The notes under the pieces: model-generated
The model's input: only the letters and a program-made list of their open reading frames with translations
What the model was told of the DNA's origin: nothing
Database searches by the model: none
Program-made: the position numbers and the translations under genes
Shown: in pieces, positions 41,775-56,559 of the stretch
How positions within the stretch are numbered: position 1 is the stretch's first letter
Layout of the letters: each line of letters starts with the position of its first letter
Assembly (NCBI RefSeq): GCF_006345805.1
Contig: NC_043005.1
Span: 86,180,001 to 86,244,000 of the forward strand
Origin: Octopus sinensis
Lineage: Eukaryota
Reading direction: 5' to 3'
Length of the DNA stretch: 64,000 nt

Positions 41775-42900
41775 AAATAGATAGATAGATAGATAAATAG
41801 ATTAATAGATAGACAGAAAGAGTTGTGTTTATGTGAGCATGGTGTGTGTGTATATATACATATACAGATATGCATATGTATTTATATATGTGGTTGATTT
41901 TTGTAATATGCCGACGTGTTCATGTAGTTACATTTGCATGGAGTTGTGCGCATTTGCCATTCAACCCTTCATAGATGTGATGTAAGGGAAGACATCGGCA
42001 ACAGAAAGTGAATCCAGATATCAACTCGCTATTTATTACTCGCAGTTTTGGACAATGAATGTCACACTTTCCTTAATATATATGTAAATAAATATTGTAA
42101 TGTTACCTATTTTGTTTGTGGTAATAACAACCTATTCTGACTCCTATATGGATCCCCATCATTATTTCTATTTATACTTACTCTGTGACGAATAACAAAG
42201 CAATAGATTTTCAAACATAAAATTATCTTAAACTTAGCGCAGGGGTTTCGAAATAAATCACCCCTTCTCAATATCGTTTGAGTTCTATTTATTCAGTTTT
42301 TCATTGATTCCTGAAGAAATCTTTTCCTTTCACACAACTGCAAGTTTTGGAAGATATCTCTTAATTCATTCAAATTTGAAATAAACCTCATTGCTAATAA
42401 AACCAGATGCATTTATATTAACGTCGTTCATCCGTTTGTGTAGATTTATCTGCGTACGGATAACTTTTGAGTATATTATTTCGGATGTCAAGACAACTCC
42501 GAGGAGAAACTTGGCAAGTATAATTTATAATAATCGCAGATGGGATCACGCCAGATTTTATGGAAACTGTGTAAAATACTTTCCAAACCGATTGTTCTGG
42601 ATCTTTAGGAATTGCTTCACTAATCTAAGACTGGATTATACCAGATCATCGTTGTTTTGATTTTATTCAAATATAGCTAATGCGTTGCAAGCAACCTGGT
42701 ATTTACTTCAATCTGGAAATGCATCATTGCCTCTAATTGCCCATTTTTATCACTCAACAACATTGATAGAGAAGCAAATACATTCGTAATCCTGTCGGCT
42801 TTTTTTGGGGTGGGGGGGTAATCAATTAAAAACAAAAAGAACAACTAGCTCATTCAGGAGGGAACTAGACAAAATAAGTGACCATGCGATGGGGATTGGA

Positions 42901-42938
42901 AGATCTAACGTTTCGGGCAGAGTTCTTTATCAGAGACA
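42901..42938 (-). ncRNA. Degenerate hammerhead motif
   Basis: TGTCT/CTGATAA/A/GAAC-TCT-GCCC/GAAAC GTT/AGAT; G8 is mutated and stem II is partly mispaired. Confidence 0.5.
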
Positions 42939-43787
42939 ATCTCTAATTTTAAAAAAATGTAATTGATAATGGACAGAAGTCTACGGTAGTTTCATCCATG
43001 AACACAAAGTGGTAGGCAAGAGAAATGCTCGTCAACACCAGTCTATTTGGAATTTGTTTCATTGTTTAATGTTGTAGGCGGCAAAATGAATTTACCAGAA
43101 ATGCAATTAGTTTTATGTAAGTATATTTTGATTGTGTTCTAAAATTTATATATGATTCTGAAGTCATTCTCGTACGAAATTTCAAGTCGAAATTTGGCTT
43201 GTTGTTAGATAATTTCAGGATTTAATCATGAAAATACTGAACAGGAACTTTGAAAATCGGTTGATAATTATGTTGATCTTCTCCTGACAGTGGAGGATGT
43301 AATTATATCGCTGCCTAGGGAATTAGGGAGATGATGTAGATATCAGAGTCGTAGACAACTATATCAGATCCAAAATAGAAGTTATCTAAACAGGAACCTG
43401 GCAGAATATATATTTTATTTCATTCTGATCCTCATAATTAAAGGAAGAACACACGGAATGTCATTATATATACGTTGGAAATATACTCAATGTTTCGCCG
43501 TAAACCGTAGGAATGCAAAATAAACATTCAAGGTAAGAGCTGTAGTTTAGTAAATAATCATAAATAATTCTTGAATAATGATGTCAATAGCATAAATGTG
43601 GAGACTGGTACATCGTCAAAAGCTATTTCCTTTTAATTTACGATGTCATACGGTACATTTTTATGGTTACAACAACCTACTCGTATTTCCACTATGCAGA
43701 TTATAGGCAGGTGTATATGGAACCAGACATACCTGCATCTGCAGTTTCGATCGGGGTCTTTCAACCAGCTTTCCTCGAAACTTGCCG

Positions 43788-43869
<82 letters not shown>

Positions 43870-44318
43870 TTATCTGTATATATATCAATATATGTGTGAG
43901 TGTGTCTGTGTGTGTGTATGTGTGTGTGTGTGTGTGTGTATACACAGGGATACCTCTTGTACGAGTTTAATTCTTTCCATGACCGAGCCCGTCTTACGAT
44001 TTATTCGTTTTACAAATAAATTTCCCGCCTTGAATTTAACTAAAATATTATTAATCCGTTCCCTACCCCACCAAAAAAAAAAAAAATCAAAAATAATTTT
44101 TGATGGGCTTTAAAACAGAAAAGGTGTACTTACATGTAAAATCACAATTTTAAAACAAGAGAATGCAAAAGAAATATGTAACTAGCTTTATTAACTGAAT
44201 TACCTTAAATATGAGATTTGTGTGCTCGAATTTCAAGACAGAAATTCGCACGATCTCGGCTCGTACAGCAAATTACTTGTACAATGGAGCACTCGTACTG
44301 CGAGGTTGTACTGTATAT

Positions 44319-44358
<40 letters not shown>

Positions 44359-44415
44359 TGTGTTTTTGTGTGTAGATAGATAGAAAGATAGACAAACAGA
44401 CATACATAGGTAGAC

Positions 44416-44448
<33 letters not shown>

Positions 44449-44465
44449 TATAGATAGATAGATAA

Positions 44466-44551
<86 letters not shown>

Positions 44552-45044
44552 GGGTGGATGGATGGGTGGATCTACACAGCATCACAGCACCACAAGCTAC
44601 TGTTATGCGCGGCATAGGTTCTTTCTACGTTCTTACGCCTTACCACCAGCATCATCTGTACGATCGTTACATCATCATCATCAACATCATCGTCATAAAT
44701 CTACAACGCAGTAAGAATATAAATACAGAGAACTGTATGAATAAAGTACCGAGAGTAATGAATAAATTGCCATAGCAACGACTATTAACATCAAATTCAA
44801 CCTCACTAACAGCATCAATAACAACTATTAACCTGTAATATGTAAGATTATTATGGACACTAACAACGCCACCTATAACAAATACAACATCAACAACATC
44901 TTCATTTGCAATGAGGAATGTTGATACTACTAGCTTTCCATGCATGAAACAGAAGCTAAATCACCCACAAATTTCACCTTTTTCTATTTCGGTTTCAAAC
45001 TTCGGTACAATGTTAGTAATTTCTATGGTGATGCGCTAGTCAAT

Positions 45045-45205
45045 AACATGAACCTCATTGCTCGACTACCACTTATTTTATTGACCTGGAAACGAGTAAA
45101 GGCAAGACGATCTCTGCGGCATTTGAACCCGGAACGTAAAGACCGACGAAATGCCGCGAAGCATTTTACTCGGTGAGCTAACGATCCTGCCACTTCATCG
45201 CCTTA
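45045..45205 (-). mobile_element. Divergent SINE family A copy
   Basis: Head AAGGCGATGAAGTGGCAGGATCGTTAGC...GGGTTCAAATGCC. Confidence 0.7.
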
Positions 45206-45684
45206 ATTTCTTCCAATATTAAATGAGGCTATTATAGATAATTTCGTCTTAATAAACATATGTAACATGCTGGTGATTAGTGAGACGTGTTCATTTTTGT
45301 GCCATTTTGTAAGAACGAGAAAGGGTAACAAACATGGTCGTAGATTCGTCAAGCTTCTGAAAATACTGGGAGGGGAAAAAGCTGTATTCACAGAAGAGAC
45401 CTGATGTGAATGCTCAGTAAAGTTCGCTAAAATAGTTAAGGACCTGGTTTTCGTCTTAAAGCATCTGAGTTTGGACATTTGCTACCAAAGAACTCAGATC
45501 GCAAAGAGGCCGGAAGGATAACGGAAGTCGTACCATCCGATATATTCGGAAATTCCACCAACCCAGTGTCATAATCTAATTAATATATTAAATGACCTGA
45601 CATGCTTTAACACACGAAATCACATAACGAATCTTGAAAACCAAATCCAAAAGCGGAATACATATATATACATATGTTCAAAAT

Positions 45685-45895
45685 GTGACCGCGTGTGTAC
45701 CGTTGGCGACTTTTTCCCCCCGTCTTCCCTTCTTTGGATCTTTCATTTTCGTATGTCTCTGACGATGAGCTCCGCTCGAAACGTTCAATCCTCCTTCTTT
45801 CTTTCCTTTCCTGAGCGTCTAATAACACTATACTTGTTCCACGTCCTCGCGTTGTTGTGTTTTATCTTTGTATTTTCATGTTTGGATTAACTATG
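45685..45895 (+). mobile_element. Short PLE terminal-repeat-like unit with a hammerhead core at 45759-45785
   Basis: CTGACGA/T/GAGC-TCC-GCTC/GAAAC GTT; core canonical but stem I disrupted. Colinear with 50880-51088; the 3' end abuts (TA)n. Confidence 0.8.
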
Positions 45896-47893
45896 TATAT
45901 ATATATATATATATATATATACACTTGGAAAATACACACACATTAATATATAAGTTTATCCCGGTCAAAATTGAATCCGGGATACGAGAAGATGAAACAA
46001 ATCTCCCCAGAATTTCTGTACAAAATCCTAAAGATAGTTTTAAATCACATTTGATCTCAATTAAGCTTGACAAGATCAACCTGGTATAAAACATCAACAA
46101 CAGCCTCTTTAAAACAACAACTACAACAAAAACTTCAACCACCACGATAGAGCAACAAAGCTCTTTGTAGTCGCTTACTCGATATGAAATGACAACGTTT
46201 TACTCTGAAGTAAACTCTTCAAAAGAACACATAGAGCAGTGTTGACCTATGAGCAAAGAATATTCCTGTTTACGATGTCTTTGATTATAAGTGCGACCAG
46301 TAAAGTGGAAGCGGAGTTCCATAACATCGGGAAGAACATTATTTACAGCTTTTATAAAAATGGTAAGTAATAATAGAAAACTACGCCGGCTCCATCATGA
46401 GAATCACTCCTGTGGAGTTGCCTGATCAACATGTAATACCAGACAAATAAACTTGAAATTACACTCCAGGATCTTGAAAATGAAAACATGTATTCGAGAA
46501 AAAAATGTAATTCTTTAAAATGGTGAGTTCATAGTTGGAAAATCAAAACTGATGGTAAGTTTAATCTGTCATGGCTGGCGTGAATCACAAAAAATAACAA
46601 CAATAACAAAGGTGCCACCGCGATTCTCACCAGGAATTCAGAAATCAAAGTATTTGGGACGTCAGGTTTATCTAAGGTCGATGTACCGTTTAAAAATACC
46701 CACAATATCTCTCACAAAGCGCTGATTAATGTTTTCTATTTTTTTTAGAATATTGGCTAATGTAGGTCAAGAGGGGTGGACTACTAGTCAGGATGCTGCA
46801 CACACAATCGCAAGTTGATGGTTTCAATTCCTGGACCACTCAGTTGTAAACGAATAATTCTGCGATGGTTGAGGAAGGATATTATAACGTCTACCACTTA
46901 TGCGCCAAGGAAATCGGATAAAAAGCCCAATGAGACCTAGGACTCAAGATATTAATGACCAGGGCTTGCTACTGCTGCTGCTGCTGCCGATGATGATGAA
47001 GGTGGATCATGTTCTGTCTGTGATGGCTTGCTTACGGCTATGATCATTTTGATTAATACTTCTTCGCTTTTGAAGATAACATAACTCCAGACTACATCCA
47101 CAACATTGCTTTGCGAATGGAATAGCTCGAAACCTGAAGGCGATATTAAGTAAAGATATCTCCTTGTTGGAACCACAGACTGCATCATACACAACCTACG
47201 CAAGCAAGAACCATATTATCAGGACTGCTATACCTATCACATGCACCCCCCACTCATCTAACACAGCTTCGAAACCCCATTTACACCATCGGCATCAATA
47301 TCATCAGAAACTCACAGGAAAAGCTGGAGAGATATCGAAAAAAAAAAACAACAGGATAATATATATGCATACACAATATCATTATATACATGTTTGTCAA
47401 TATCGTATCGTCATCATCATCATCAACACCACCACCACCATCGCCACCACAAACATCATCATCATCTCAACAACCATCATCATGATCATTATCATCATCA
47501 TCATCATCATCTTCACCGTTATTATCATTATGGTTGTGGTGGTCGGGCTTGTCACCTTCAAAGACAAAGACTTGGTCCTGTTAACAAGTTTCCTCCTTCA
47601 TCATGATAGTTATGAATTCCCACATCACCATAAGTGAATTACAAAATAACAGGGAAAACACACACACACACACACATGCACATACATATATATACACACA
47701 TACACACAGTGAGAGAAAATGTCACTTTTTCATATCCTTTTTTCACAACTCTACAGCGTATTCGTGTGTGAATATATACATATACATACATACATATATA
47801 TATTATATATATATATATGTTAATAAAAGAACATATGCATATATATAAACATATATGACGTACCTACCTCTACATGTACATATACATATATAT

Positions 47894-47964
<71 letters not shown>

Positions 47965-48563
47965 CATACATATATATATGTTTATATATACATGTTGTCA
48001 CAAAGGAAGTGACACAAAGTTATTCAGAGACAATGTGTGTGTATAAAAAGAAGGTGGGTCTCCTGAACGAGAGAGAGAGAGAGAGAGAGAGAACATGATG
48101 TGCACGCATATATGTGACGACTTTGAATCCAACGAGTGTGAGGTCTGGTGTGGTGGTACGTGTGTGATGATAGAGGTGTGGAAGAGAAACCTTTATTTTC
48201 TTTTGTTTTTGTAAAGGAAAAGAAAATGACAAAACATTGCATCATACATTTTCAAATGGAAAATATTGATTTTTCAAAATATCATTGTCCCACATTCACA
48301 TGTAGACACATTCACATGTAGACACATACACATGACGGTAGATACACCAACCCACGCTTATCCACACGCACATGCGTGTTTGTGTACGCATACATACATA
48401 CATACATACATACATACATACATACATACATACATGCATATACACATGCACATACACACACACAAACACACACACATATATATATATACGAATAGGTATG
48501 ACGTGCACACATATCCTTGCGTAAATATCTATTTTTCTATCTGTCTATCTCACTCTTTGTATA

Positions 48564-48617
<54 letters not shown>

Positions 48618-48885
48618 TATATATATATATATCTATATCTATATATCTATGTATATATCTATCTATCTATCTATCTATGTGTGTGTGTGTATATTTGTGC
48701 GTGAGTTCGTGCACGCGTAGGTTTCTAAACACATATATATTTGTATATTATTTATATATACTCTATATATGTGCATGCACACACAATGTTTTTGTTTTAT
48801 ATATAAACATACACTTGCACACACACAAATATATGCACTTGCATAACATCCTTGCATATATACATACATATATACATTCATACAA

Positions 48886-48918
<33 letters not shown>

Positions 48919-49590
48919 CGTATATGAATACACACACATACATGCATATATAGAATACATACATCTGCATATATAAAAACATATGTAAATATACACATAC
49001 GTACGGGCGTGCTGTCGTGCTCACCTACGTACGTTCGCGAGAAAAAAAGCGTATGTTTAAAATGGAATTATTGCCAAGTGTAAATGGGATTGTACATTCG
49101 CTGAAATTCATAAAAACATAGGAAAATATATATTGTTTCATGCCTACGCATAGATATGTAGGTGACTGTATATATAAACGACTGAATATGAACATACATG
49201 AATAAATGCAAATGCGTATGAAGAAATCCATCCGTGTTAACATAGTCACAATAACACACGCAGACAATCAGACAGAAAGATATACATACGCACACTCACA
49301 AACATATATATATACATACATACATACATACATACATATTCATGCATATGTATATGTATATGTGTGTGTGTGTGTGTGTATGTGCATGTATATGAACAAT
49401 TTAATATGAATGCGAAGTGTTGTTTCCATCTGACTTTGCAACTTTTAATTTTTATTAAATATTTAATTGAAATGCCTCCTGTGTGCCATGCTGGAGCACT
49501 GAATTGAGAAGTTGCAGTCGGGCTAATCATTCTCACAATATATATATATATATATTATATATATTATATAATATATATATATTATATATA

Positions 49591-49633
<43 letters not shown>

Positions 49634-49635
<2 letters not shown>

Positions 49636-49800
49636 AGTGAGATGACCACTAAGTGGATATCCATTATGCTAGATGTAGACCCAATGTAGTCTGACAACTA
49701 AGAAAATATTCTTCTGGAGAGAACAATCTTTTCTTAGTGGTCAGACCATATGGGACGGACATCTACCATGATGGATGTCCACTTAGTGGTCATCCCTCCT
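49634..49800. mobile_element. Palindromic MITE in a (TA)n array
   Basis: GATGACCACTAAGTGGA...CTAAGAAAA vs TTTTCTTAG...TCCACTTAGTGGTCATC inverted arms with a ~22-nt loop. Confidence 0.85.
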
Positions 49801-49814
49801 ATATATATATGTAA

Positions 49815-49903
49815 CATAATTTTTCTGAATCTTCGCATTTTTCGATAATACTTTATTTGTTCCACGTCTTCGCGTTTTTTTAATGTTTTCTTGTTTGGAT
49901 TAA

Positions 49904-49906
<3 letters not shown>
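49815..49906 (+). mobile_element. 3' half of the hammerhead-unit family
   Basis: TAATACTTTATTTGTTCCACGTC..CGCG...CTTGTTTGGATTAAC followed by (TA)n, as in 50880-51088. Confidence 0.75.
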
Positions 49907-49998
<92 letters not shown>

Positions 49999-50027
49999 CA
50001 TACATACATACATACATACATACATAC

Positions 50028-50096
<69 letters not shown>

Positions 50097-50469
50097 CTGG
50101 TGTTTATTTAATAAATCGAAGTCTTTAGCTGACCCGCAATATTATGGAGACATAAACAGACCATCAGCGGGTGTTAAGCGGTGATTAGGGGCAGACATAC
50201 ATGCACACACACACACGCACACAAACACACATGTATGTATTGCGTATACGATGGATCTCAGTTTCCATCTGCCAAATCCACTTTGATCGGTTTGGTGCCA
50301 ATAGCAGAATACGCGCTGGCTCAAAGAGCGAATCCGGACGCCTGAACCTGAGAAGCAGACGTCATTGCATTCGGATACAGATATATGGTAGGTATGTATG
50401 TGTGTAGGAGCACGTGTGTGTGCGTGTGTGCGATATGTTTGTGTGTGTGAGCCCATCATCATGTAAGTA

Positions 50470-50516
<47 letters not shown>

Positions 50517-50518
<2 letters not shown>

Positions 50519-50743
50519 AATTAAGGACTGAACACGAAAAGTGGACAGTCAACATGCTAGATATAGACGTCAAATCGCCATTCTCCACAAGGATTATGTT
50601 CTCAAATAAAAATAAAAATAAAAATAAAATTTTATTTTTATTTTTATTTTTATTTGAGAACATAATCCTTGTGGAGAATGGCGATTTGACGTCTATATCT
50701 AGCATGTTGACTGTCCACCTTTTCGTGTTCAGTCCTTAATTGG
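50517..50743. mobile_element. 227-bp spacer-less palindrome in (TA)n
   Basis: Axis at 50629/50630 (AAAA|TTTT); arms differ by one indel. The ORF track gives the same peptide on both strands. Confidence 0.92.
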
Positions 50744-50839
50744 TATATATAAATATTTTAATCTTCGGATTCTTTTTAATGTGCTAGACCACTGGTTTTA
50801 ATTGACTAATATCAATTTCTACCCTTAATTTTTAAATAT

Positions 50840-50879
<40 letters not shown>

Positions 50880-50883
<4 letters not shown>

Positions 50884-51088
50884 ACCTCGTGAGTACCGCT
50901 GGCGATTTTTTTTCCTCTGTCATCCCTCTCGGGATCTTTCTTTCTCCTATGTTTCCGACGAAGAGCTCCGCTCGAAACGTTAAACCCTCCTTCTTCCCTC
51001 CTTCCTGATCGTACAATAATACTTTATTTGTTCCACGTCCTCGCGTTGTTGTGTTTTTGTTTTTTTCTGTTTTCTTGTTTGGATTAAC
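50880..51088 (+). mobile_element. Short PLE terminal-repeat-like unit, (TA)n on both sides, hammerhead motif at 50951-50985
   Basis: GTTT/CCGACGA/A/GAGC-TCC-GCTC/GAAAC GTT/AAAC; stems intact, U4 replaced by C. Confidence 0.8.
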
Positions 51089-51121
51089 TATATATATATA
51101 TACATATACATACATACATAT

Positions 51122-51192
<71 letters not shown>

Positions 51193-51194
51193 TT

Positions 51195-51560
51195 AGCGGC
51201 ATTTTAAATTCCGCCTAGGTCAACTTTCCCTTTCATTCTTTCGTGGTCGATTATATAAGTACCAGTAACGCACTGTGGTCGATGTAATCGAGTTAATCCG
51301 TTTGTCTGTCCTTGTTTGTCCCCTCTGTGTTTATCCCCCTGTGGGCAGTAAAGAAATGTGTGTGTGTTTGGCCCCCAACACCGCTTGATAACCGATGCTG
51401 ACATGTCTACGTTCTTGAAACTTAGTAGTTCGGCAAAAGAGTCCTATAGAATGAGTATTACGCTTTCAAAGAATAATTCCTGGAGTCGATTTTTTCGACT
51501 AAAGGCTGTGCACCAGCATGGCCGCTGTCAAATGACTGAAACAAATAAAAGAATAACAAA
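51195..51560 (+). mobile_element. Headless SINE A (B tail, to ~51356) fused to a SINE C 3' half
   Basis: ...GGGCAGTAAAGAAAT then GTGTGTGT..GGCCCCCAACACCGCTTGATAACCGATGC...CAGCATGGCCGCTGTCAAATGACTGAAAC. Confidence 0.85.
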
Positions 51561-51780
51561 ATTAAAAAATATATCCCTTTACATATTGAAAGGCCTAATG
51601 GCCAAACGATTTGATAAGATATTTGTTTATATAATTCTTTCCAGAACTGTCAAGGAAAATAATATCAGTGCCACTATATAAATTCACAACACCGGAATCT
51701 ATTACTAGATAAGAGCTAACGCACGAAACTCTCGACACTTGAGTCACTCTCCTTCTACTAAATATTAATATATGTGCATG

Positions 51781-51860
<80 letters not shown>

Positions 51861-52223
51861 TGTTTGCGTACGTTTGTAAGCTATGTGATCGTTCGTATGT
51901 TTGCGTAAATTGAAAACAATGGAAGACATCTCCCAGTCGAGCATGATTGCTGTCAGCCTATCCTAAACTTAAATTTCATGAATGCCACACTTGAAACTAA
52001 CAGCGAATGTTCGAATAAATTTGGAATTTGTTCAAGCAAACGCGACGGTGAAACAATATACACTCCGCCTCACTGAATGCTTAATTTCAGATGATCATTT
52101 CGAAACAATAATAACATATTCAATATTAATGGCATCAACGATGGAAAATTGAAAACTACAGAAAAGGCAGAATAACAATAATAATGATTTTTTTAAATGT
52201 TTAATATGATTGATTTCTTTTTA

Positions 52224-52268
<45 letters not shown>

Positions 52269-52294
52269 AAATTATAATAATAATAATAACAATT

Positions 52295-52352
<58 letters not shown>

Positions 52353-53149
52353 TAATAGTTATAAGATGGAATTCTGGTTTAAGCACCCCGTACAACCCTA
52401 TAGGAATCTCCCTGTAATTCGGGGATTTCCCTATTTAGACACCTTAAAAGGTATTCGACCACTAGACTTGTGATTTCAGCCGAGTCCATAGCTATATAAG
52501 AGTTTTCGAGGGTGTCAGCCCTAGGCCAAAGTTTATCCTCAAATTCTATAATAGCACTTGTAGCTAAAAGAATAATGTCAATTTTATCCCCATAATTGTC
52601 ATCTAACAACTTGATTCAAGTTTTCATTTACCAAATCCAATGATATTGCTTCAAATAAATCTTGATTTTTATGACTATACCCTTTCTGTAGACTCCCTCA
52701 GCCCTATAACTAACAGATTCGGCCTTAGATATACAAGAATTTGATAAAACTAGTCTATAAATTAAAACTGACCCCATATAAAAGTGACAAGCAAAATATG
52801 TAACAAATATTTCTTCCTGATAGCTTAGTAGCTTCTAAGTGGAAGGAAGGACAACAATGTACTCTGTCTATCCCCTTAACTTCTTGGAGATTTTAGGCAT
52901 AATTATACTAATGTAGCCATCTGTTCTAATTTAATTAAATTCTATGTCTTTGTACAGCCGAGGATTGCTCTGCATTTAAATTGATGTAATCTTTGCATTG
53001 TTCAATTAAATGGAGTTGCGTGAAACGATCGTACTGCATTACCTCTGGATATCCTTGTTGCTTATTTTGGTATACACACACACACACACACACATACATA
53101 CATATACATACACACACACATTATATATATATATATATAGAGAGAGAGA

Positions 53150-53535
53150 GATGCACAGCCGTGACTGTGTCGTAAGAAGTTTGCCTCCCAACCACATATT
53201 TCCGGGTTCAGTCCCACTGCGTGGCAACTTGTGCAAGTGTCTTCTACTATAGCCTCGGGCTGACCAAACCCTTGAGAGTAGATTTGGTAGACGGAAACTG
53301 AAAGAAGTCCGTCGTATGTGTGTGTGTAATTGTGTTTCTGTGCTTTTTTCTCCCCGTCGTTTGACAACCGATGTTGCTGTGTTTACGTCGCCCGTCAGCT
53401 AGCGATTCGGCAAAAGATAGCGAAAGAATAAATAATTGGCTTGCAAAGAATAAGTCCTGGGGGCGATTTGTTCAAGTAAAAACGGTGCTGCAACATGGCC
53501 GCAATCAAATGACTGAAAGAAATAAGGAAATAAAA
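53150..53535 (+). mobile_element. SINE family C, full length
   Basis: CCGGGTTCAGTCCCACTGCGTGGCA B-box region; colinear with 62293-62682. Confidence 0.88.
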
Positions 53536-53940
53536 CAATATATATAATTGTGTGAGTGTGTGTTTGTGTTTTTGTGTTGTGTGTGTTTATGAAGAAAGCG
53601 CATGCGTGCGGGAGAGTAAGTTCTATGATGTGCTGGATTAGGTTTTATACCATGGTCGACTTCATTATTGATCATCTCGCCCTTCTTCAGACTCAGTAAA
53701 GAACTCTTGAATTCAGAAAGATCCAGCCAATAATTATTTGGGAGTTGTCCCAAGAGAAGCTAAACCACATAAACTGTTTTTAGCTTTTTAACGTAATGTC
53801 GAAAAACTTAAAATTACTTTCGGTCGTTTCATACTACATAATTTGTTGGAAAATTTAGTATTTATATATTTAAAAATGTGAGCTGATATGTCAAAAGATT
53901 CTTCGTTATGTATGTGTTAAATGACTAGTTTTCCATTTGC

Positions 53941-54048
<108 letters not shown>

Positions 54049-54599
54049 ATATATAGATATATATATCTATATGCTGGTGGCATATCTATCTATATCTATA
54101 TCTATATATAGATATATATATCTATCCGCTGGTGGCAGAAAATTTTTCTTGAATTTTTTGTTACCCTTATATTGATTGATTAATGAATTTTTGACTAATT
54201 CTGAAATTTGTATCAGCAGCTTATATTTGCTGCGGAGTAGATGGCGCGATTACGGTGAATTCGAAAATTTACGATATATAGACCCGAGGCTTAGATGGTG
54301 TAGCCTCGTGTATATATATTTGCCTCCTATTTTGGTGACTTTGCTGACGAGACAAACCAAGCGTAAACGGATTTAATTTAATTTAATTAAATTTGATTGC
54401 GTGAAGATGTTGAAACCTTGCAGGGTACAAAGTTTAAAGGGGATAAATGTTTTTTATTTTCCTCTGGTTTCAGAATTACTACTATTTTTTGCGGGTTTGA
54501 GTTTTAGCTGCTCTTTTCAAGTGAGTCGAACGACCTTCTCAGGGTCATTCCTTAATATTTTGTTGAATATATCTATATATATATATATATATATATATA

Positions 54600-54763
54600 C
54601 AGATTGAGATAGGGGTTGTAAATGCAACCCTCCATGGGATAACATATATCCAATATACTGCTAGTGAAGTACCCAACAAAGTTAATACAAAAATGTTAAG
54701 GATTGCGATGCAATCAATTCATTTACTGTATTATATGGGCAAAGGTAATCTTTTCTTATCTTG
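54600..54763 (+). mobile_element. ~160 bp (TA)n-embedded element, copy 2
   Basis: Reverse complement of 36653-36802 with ~10 extra bases; (TA)n on both sides. Confidence 0.85.
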
Positions 54764-55222
54764 TATATATATATATATATATAATATTACACTTAGCTTT
54801 ACTTTATGCTTCTGAGAACATTATCAACAATCGAACCATATTTTCCGTTTAAATACACGTGCGTTGAAATTACGAGTATGACAGCCAGCAAAAAGGCAAA
54901 ATATTTCTTATCATACTAAAACGCATTGTTTAAAGTGGGTAAATAATGCATTATAATTTTCAAGAAGATAAAACATTCGTTGTTAATGTTTAAGTGTTTT
55001 CGCCATTTTTGGCAATCCTACAAATTGTTCGGTTCGATTTTGAAGAGCTAGTTTTTATATTGTGGAACATGAATAGGAATTTCAGTCACTGAGGTGACAT
55101 GCCAGTTTTTAGAAATCAGTGCAATTATATACATATACACACATTCACACACGCATACAAACGCGTTTGCACCACACACACAAACATGCACACATACGCT
55201 CACACACATCAATGTATGTGGG

Positions 55223-55293
<71 letters not shown>

Positions 55294-56168
55294 TATATAC
55301 ATATATATATATCGTTTTACAAATGTGCATCTACATTGATGTTTGTATACACTCGCACATATACATATATATATAGAGAGAGATAGATAAATAGATAGAT
55401 AGGTAGGTAGGTAGGTAGGTAGGTAGATAGATAAATAGATAGATAGATAGATTGATAGATATATACATACATAGATAGATAAGCATATGAATGTGTATGC
55501 ATATATATACATACGTACACATGTATGTACATGTTTATACATTGAACATTTCAAATATGAAAGACAAATTCTTGAATGAGAATCAAATACGGTTTGTGTT
55601 CAGTGCTTTCTCTCTGTGTTCTTGCGTTGTGCTTCTAAACCGTGGCGTGAAACTTCGTAGCCATCATCAATATTAAACAATTATATCACTTTCTCTATTG
55701 CCTCGCATCTCTGCGCATATATTTCTCCATATTCCTCTCTTTTGCCCCTCCACCTTATATATCTCTCTTTTTGTTTTACTCGCTGAATTTCTTTCTACAA
55801 TAATGGCGAATCAATCCTGAAAATGCTTGTTCATCAATTTTGAAAAGTACACACGCAATTTCTGTTTCCTTTTGACCCAAGTCAAAAATATATTCCCTTT
55901 TCTATAATGGTGTTGAGAAAACAGGAAATTGATTTATTATTTCAAATTATCAACTTTGTTTATATAAAACACTTGAAAAAGCCACTACCCACTTGTTTAC
56001 CTTCTGTTGAGCCCTGAATGCCTTTAATGAATATCGTATTTATACATTGCTTACAGAAAATTCACGTAAAAAGGATGTTGCAGAGACAAGGATGATAAGG
56101 AATATTGAAGTTATTCTAAGTTTGTATACATACGTAAATACATACATAAAGACGCACACAAAAGCATT

Positions 56169-56204
<36 letters not shown>

Positions 56205-56321
56205 GAGAGAGTGAGAGAGAGAGATAGATATATGTGTGTGAGGGTATCTGTGCGTGAGATTATATAATGATTATATAAACACACACACACGTACACACAC
56301 ACACACACGCACATACACACG

Positions 56322-56356
<35 letters not shown>

Positions 56357-56559
56357 GTATACATATTTATACAAGATTTATATATACATGGCCGCAGTCA
56401 ACTGACTGAAGCAATTAAAAGAATAAAAGAAACCGAATGAAATATGAAAAATTACAAATCATAAACATATAAAGTTCGAGGAATAAACCGGAAGAAACAG
56501 GAAATCAATGGTAGAAAAGCAATCACTGTTTAAACAAAGTGAAATATGAAAAGTGAAAG

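Noticed and set aside
52379-52609. Minus-strand ORF (DKIDIILLATSAII...) vaguely like an SGNH-type LINE ORF1
   Set aside because: Catalytic motifs (GDS, GxND, DxxH) are not in the expected order; there is not enough evidence to assign it.
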